From the NCBI GenBank assembly GCA_043803815.1, contig JAZDJR010000002.1, positions 1 to 11,610 of the forward strand: 11,610 bases of DNA, given 5' to 3'. Positions within the stretch are counted from its first letter, which is position 1. Each line of letters opens with the position of its first letter. A program made the translations under genes and the position numbers. Below the pieces are notes generated by a model, which did not search any database, was not told the origin of the DNA, and was given only the letters and a program-made list of their open reading frames with translations. Of this stretch, positions 8,227-11,610 are shown one piece after another. The DNA is from Candidatus Micrarchaeota archaeon. Lineage in GTDB: Archaea; Iainarchaeota; Iainarchaeia; Iainarchaeales; JAGVWC01.

Positions 8227-8251
8227 GGGCGTTTATAACGTATGAACGCCC
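8227..8251. repeat. Inverted repeat in the divergent ftsZ/orphan intergenic region
   Basis: GGGCGTTTATA-ACG-TATGAACGCCC, an 11-bp stem with one T:G pair. Confidence 0.65.
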
Positions 8252-8316
8252 GAAAGCGGTTTTGTTGCAAAAAAATTATTCGATTTATTTAAATTATTCA
8301 AGTCACCAGTTTTGTA

Positions 8317-9084
8317 ATGCTTTGGTACCAGCGCGACGGAATACTATTTGCCTTAGTCGTGACTCCTTTTCAGGATTTTGAGGGGATGACCAAAGCCGTG
8401 CAAAAAGCTATCCATGACGCCAAACGAAAGCCCTTATTGGTTGTTTTTCCTGCCATGGTTTTTGGCACCAAGGTAATTGAAAGAGAAAAAACCGAGCAAT
8501 GGATTCAAAGCGTTTTTCCCTCGCTCCAAAGCCACGGAAACACACATCTCTTTTTTTCCGTGCTAGAAAATCCGAATCCAAACCAAAAAGAGCCCGTCCT
8601 TGAAACGGGTTATCTCGTCGGACCAAACGTTCGCACAGCCGCGGGAAAAAAACGGCCTTGGATGAGATACAACCGCATTACCAAAGCGGACAATCCCCCT
8701 TCCGCGATAATGCGATTCAGGGGATTTAAAAAAGTTCCCGATGAAACGCTTTTAATCGGAAAAAAGACCGTGCCTGTCCATTCCTTTCCGCGCTTGGTTC
8801 TGAACAACCGCAGGATTGAACTGCGCGCCTGCTTTGACGCAAGCATTCAAAGCCGCAGGCAATCCGACATTATTGTCATTCCCGCGTGGGGTCTTCGCCT
8901 GGGCCCCAAAGCCCTGCAAAACCAATTGAGAGAAAACGGTTTTGCATTGGTTCACGATATTTTAGGAAACGTTCCCCGCACCACCATTGTGGAAGCCGGA
9001 AAAAATCCCGAAGCAATCCAACTGCCCAGAAAAATCCCAAGGCCAAAAATTTCCGGGCCGCAAAGACGTTTTCGACCGCATTAA
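8317..9084 (+). CDS. Hypothetical protein with degenerate carbon-nitrogen hydrolase (nitrilase)-like motifs
   Basis: 255 aa. LLVVFPAM, RIELRACFD and DIIVIPAW occur in the order of the nitrilase motifs DLVVFPE, GxxICYD and DLIxxPAA. TTTAAA lies about 25 nt upstream, and the tail is R/P-rich. Confidence 0.7.
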   Translation: MLWYQRDGILFALVVTPFQDFEGMTKAVQKAIHDAKRKPLLVVFPAMVFGTKVIEREKTEQWIQSVFPSLQSHGNTHLFFSVLENPNPNQKEPVLETGYLVGPNVRTAAGKKRPWMRYNRITKADNPPSAIMRFRGFKKVPDETLLIGKKTVPVHSFPRLVLNNRRIELRACFDASIQSRRQSDIIVIPAWGLRLGPKALQNQLRENGFALVHDILGNVPRTTIVEAGKNPEAIQLPRKIPRPKISGPQRRFRPH

Positions 9085-9151
9085 ACCGAAAAAATCAAAC
9101 CCACGTTATTTTTAACTTCAAAAAGAACAATGCCTAAAGAGCAAAAAAAAG

Positions 9152-9157
9152 AAGGTG
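9152..9157 (+). promoter_or_regulatory. Shine-Dalgarno sequence for kbl
   Basis: AAGGTG 7 nt upstream of ATG 9165. Confidence 0.65.
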
Positions 9158-9164
9158 TAAAAAA

Positions 9165-10346
9165 ATGGACCTGAACCAATTTTTTTCGGACACGGTCGAC
9201 GAACTCAAAGCCAACGAATTAAACTGGGACCCAAAGCCCCTGCAAAGCGCCAATGACGCCGAATCCAAAGTGGAGGGGCAAAACAGGATTATTTTGTGCG
9301 CCAACAATTACCTCGGATTAAGCAACCATCCAGCACTCAAAAAAGCATCCATTGAAGCCACTCAAAAATGGGGCGCGGGTTCGGGAAGCGTTCGCGCGAT
9401 TTCCGGAACCATGGAGCTGCACCTGCAGCTGGAAAAAAAAATCGCGGAATTCAAGCGCACCCAAGCCGCGACGTATTACCAAAGCGGATTCACCGTGAAT
9501 TCCGGATTATTGCCCGCGGTTTTGACCGAAGGATGGATTTCGGTTTCCGACGAATTAAACCACGGCTCGATAATCGACGGCATCCGGCTAAGCAAAGCCG
9601 AAAAAATGATTTACAAGCACGCCGACATGCAAGACTTGCGGACAAAACTGCAGGAAGCCAAAGCCAAAAACCCCAAGGGAATCATGGTGGTTACGGACGG
9701 CGTTTTTTCCATGGACGGCGACATCACGCCGCTCGACCAAATTTATGAAATCAGCCGGCAATTCGACGCCAATATTTACGTGGACGACGCGCATGGAGAC
9801 GGAGTATTGGGAAAAAACGGAACCGGAATCGTCTCGCATTTTCACCTGCACGACAAAATCGACATGGAAATGGGCACCTTTTCCAAGGCATTCGGAACCG
9901 TCGGCGGATATATCTGCGGAAGCCAAAGCCTGTGCGAATTCGCGTTCAACAAAAGCCGCACCTGGCTTTTAACCGGCTCGCAACCCCCAGGAACCGTTGC
10001 AGCCAGCATCGCCGCATTGGATACTATTCAGCAAAATCCCGAACTTGTCGAACGCCTTTGGAAAAACCGCGAATACTGGGTATCCAAACTGCAAAATTTA
10101 GGATTTGACACTGGCAAAAGCCAAACGCCGATTGTTCCCATAATGCTTGGGGACAGCAAACTCGCACAGGAATTCTCCAAAGAACTATTCAAGCTGAACG
10201 TATACGCCCTGCCCATTGTTTTTCCAATGGTTGCCAAAGACAAGGCGCGCATCAGAACCCAATTAAGCGCCAGCCACACCAAAAGCCAACTGGACACCGC
10301 ACTCGATGCCGTTGCCAAAGTCGGAAAAAAACTCGGCGTGATTTAA
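9165..10346 (+). CDS. kbl: Glycine C-acetyltransferase (2-amino-3-ketobutyrate CoA ligase), PLP-dependent alpha-oxoamine synthase family
   Basis: CANNYLGL, DELNHGSIIDG, VFSMDGD, DDAHG, the PLP lysine in GTFSKAFG, and ARIRTQLSASH (closer to Kbl than BioF). The family is secure but the substrate is inferred. Confidence 0.85.
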   Translation: MDLNQFFSDTVDELKANELNWDPKPLQSANDAESKVEGQNRIILCANNYLGLSNHPALKKASIEATQKWGAGSGSVRAISGTMELHLQLEKKIAEFKRTQAATYYQSGFTVNSGLLPAVLTEGWISVSDELNHGSIIDGIRLSKAEKMIYKHADMQDLRTKLQEAKAKNPKGIMVVTDGVFSMDGDITPLDQIYEISRQFDANIYVDDAHGDGVLGKNGTGIVSHFHLHDKIDMEMGTFSKAFGTVGGYICGSQSLCEFAFNKSRTWLLTGSQPPGTVAASIAALDTIQQNPELVERLWKNREYWVSKLQNLGFDTGKSQTPIVPIMLGDSKLAQEFSKELFKLNVYALPIVFPMVAKDKARIRTQLSASHTKSQLDTALDAVAKVGKKLGVI

Positions 10347-10472
10347 GCCAAAAAATGCTGAACAGTCGGAAAATAAGCCAAAAAAAATAATCGAATTTAC
10401 AGTATTTTGGCTTTGTTTTTTAACCTTTATCATTTTAAACCTCGAATTCGTTTTGGTTAATGTGAACAGAGT

Positions 10473-11474
10473 ATGGTGCTATTGACCATTGCATTGCTGT
10501 TAATCAGCCTGATTGTGCTGGTGGTGTCCTCCGACAAACTCGTGCAAAGCGGGGAAAAAATCGCCAAAAAACTGCACATCAGCGATTTTGTGCTCGGCGT
10601 AACCATCATTGCGATTGGAACCACGTTGCCGGAACTTGCCACCGGAATCATTGCCACAGTACACGGCGATTTTGCACTTAACTGGGGAAACATTGTCGGT
10701 TCCAACATTGCCAACATCGGACTGGTTTTGGCCTTGAGCATAATGGTCACCCAAAGGTTTGACATTCAGCAAAAATTCTTCAAGCCAGATTTATTAGCAC
10801 TCATTGCGTTTACGGTTTTATTCATTGTTTTCGGAAGCAACGGGGTTTTTTCGCCATTGGAAGGATTTATCCTGGTTGTTTTGTTCATCGCTTATTTGAT
10901 ATGGCTGACCACTTCAATCGAACACGCGGGGCCGCGAGAAATCAAAAAAGAATTCAGGGAAGAAATACGCTCCGACCTTCGCGACATCGACAATCCGATT
11001 TCGTTTCACCTGAAAAAATTTCAAGCCAACAACGGATTGGTCCTGTTCCTTAGCCTGCTTGGAATCTGGATTGGCGCCAACGGCACAGTCGAATACGCCG
11101 TTGCACTGGCAAGCGAATTTAACGTCTCGCAAACCATCATCGGATTCACCATAATTTCAATCGGAACATCATTGCCCAATATTTTAGTCGCGTTAAGCGC
11201 CTTAAACCACAAGCTCGGCGACGTCTTTTTAGGAAGCATTATCGGCGCCAACATCACGACAATTGCAATGGTCGGCGGAATCAGCATGATGATTGCCCCC
11301 ATGGCAATTCCGTTTGCCGCGGCAACCACAGCCTACGGGTTTTTGATTGGAATTACCGCCCTGCTTTTTTTTTCCGCTTGGGTTCATCCCCATATCACAA
11401 AAAGAACCGCGTTTTTTTTCATGCTGGCATGGGTTGCATTTTTAGCGGTAGCCTTGGGACAAGCGGGAATATAA
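10473..11474 (+). CDS. Cation/Ca2+ antiporter, YrbG/NCX (CaCA) family
   Basis: About 10 TM helices in two repeats. Alpha-1 is GTTLPE...GNIVGSNIANI and alpha-2 is GTSLPN...GSIIGANITTI. Confidence 0.93.
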   Translation: MVLLTIALLLISLIVLVVSSDKLVQSGEKIAKKLHISDFVLGVTIIAIGTTLPELATGIIATVHGDFALNWGNIVGSNIANIGLVLALSIMVTQRFDIQQKFFKPDLLALIAFTVLFIVFGSNGVFSPLEGFILVVLFIAYLIWLTTSIEHAGPREIKKEFREEIRSDLRDIDNPISFHLKKFQANNGLVLFLSLLGIWIGANGTVEYAVALASEFNVSQTIIGFTIISIGTSLPNILVALSALNHKLGDVFLGSIIGANITTIAMVGGISMMIAPMAIPFAAATTAYGFLIGITALLFFSAWVHPHITKRTAFFFMLAWVAFLAVALGQAGI

Positions 11475-11610
11475 ATATCTCACCCCTAAAGGGGTGAGTT
11501 TTGGGTAAAGACGGATAGTTTTGTTTGGTGAATGTCGGCTTGGTTGCGCACGTAGTTTCGTGCGACGTCCAAGTCAGCCCCAACAGTTCGCACGAAACTA
11601 CCTTGCGACC
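11471..11610 (-). mobile_element. IS200/IS605-family element, right end (continues beyond the window)
   Basis: The minus strand reads tnpA 3' end, AAAA, hairpin CTCACCCCT-TT-AGGGGTGAG (11479-11498), ATAT, TTAT. This fits the guide/hairpin/cleavage-site layout of the family. No tnpB lies between tnpA and this end. Confidence 0.85.
11486..11610 (-). CDS. tnpA: IS200-like Y1 (HUH) transposase, C-terminal 41 aa (partial)
   Basis: Manual translation gives (W)SQGSFVRTVGADLDVARNYVRNQADIHQTKLSVFTQNSPL*, with the WSxGxFxxTVG and catalytic YxxxQ motifs. The first codon is cut by the window edge, and the TAG stop at 11486-11488 lies inside the terminal hairpin. Confidence 0.9.
   Translation of the reverse strand, partial: SQGSFVRTVGADLDVARNYVRNQADIHQTKLSVFTQNSPL

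Noticed and set aside
1-11610. tRNA, rRNA, CRISPR-Cas, defence or other novel multi-gene system
   Set aside because: No cloverleaf, rRNA-like segment, repeat-spacer array or coherent accessory operon was recognisable by eye. The genes are largely unrelated housekeeping functions.

Overview
Archaeal genomic DNA. Core-gene sequences, leaderless-type promoters and short basic-tailed orphan proteins suggest a DPANN-type lineage (inference only). The window is mostly housekeeping: a COG1395-type HTH regulator, pcm, fen (FEN1), pan, an M50 site-2 protease, ftsZ (FtsZ2 type), kbl and a YrbG/NCX-family cation/Ca2+ antiporter. It also holds three orphan ORFs: a small Cys-rich protein, an AT-rich membrane-anchored exported protein and a degenerate nitrilase-fold protein. 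The last ~140 bp, missed by the ORF track, are the 3' end of an IS200/IS605 tnpA and its right end. I see no convincing novel multi-gene system. The best oddities are at the IS end (a PIP-box-like TnpA tail resembling host FEN1, a perfect 14-bp inverted repeat over the catalytic-Tyr region, and a predicted IS terminus that supplies the antiporter stop codon), the altered alpha-2 ion-binding repeat of the antiporter, the Glu-less nitrilase-like ORF, and tandem duplications that include stop codons.
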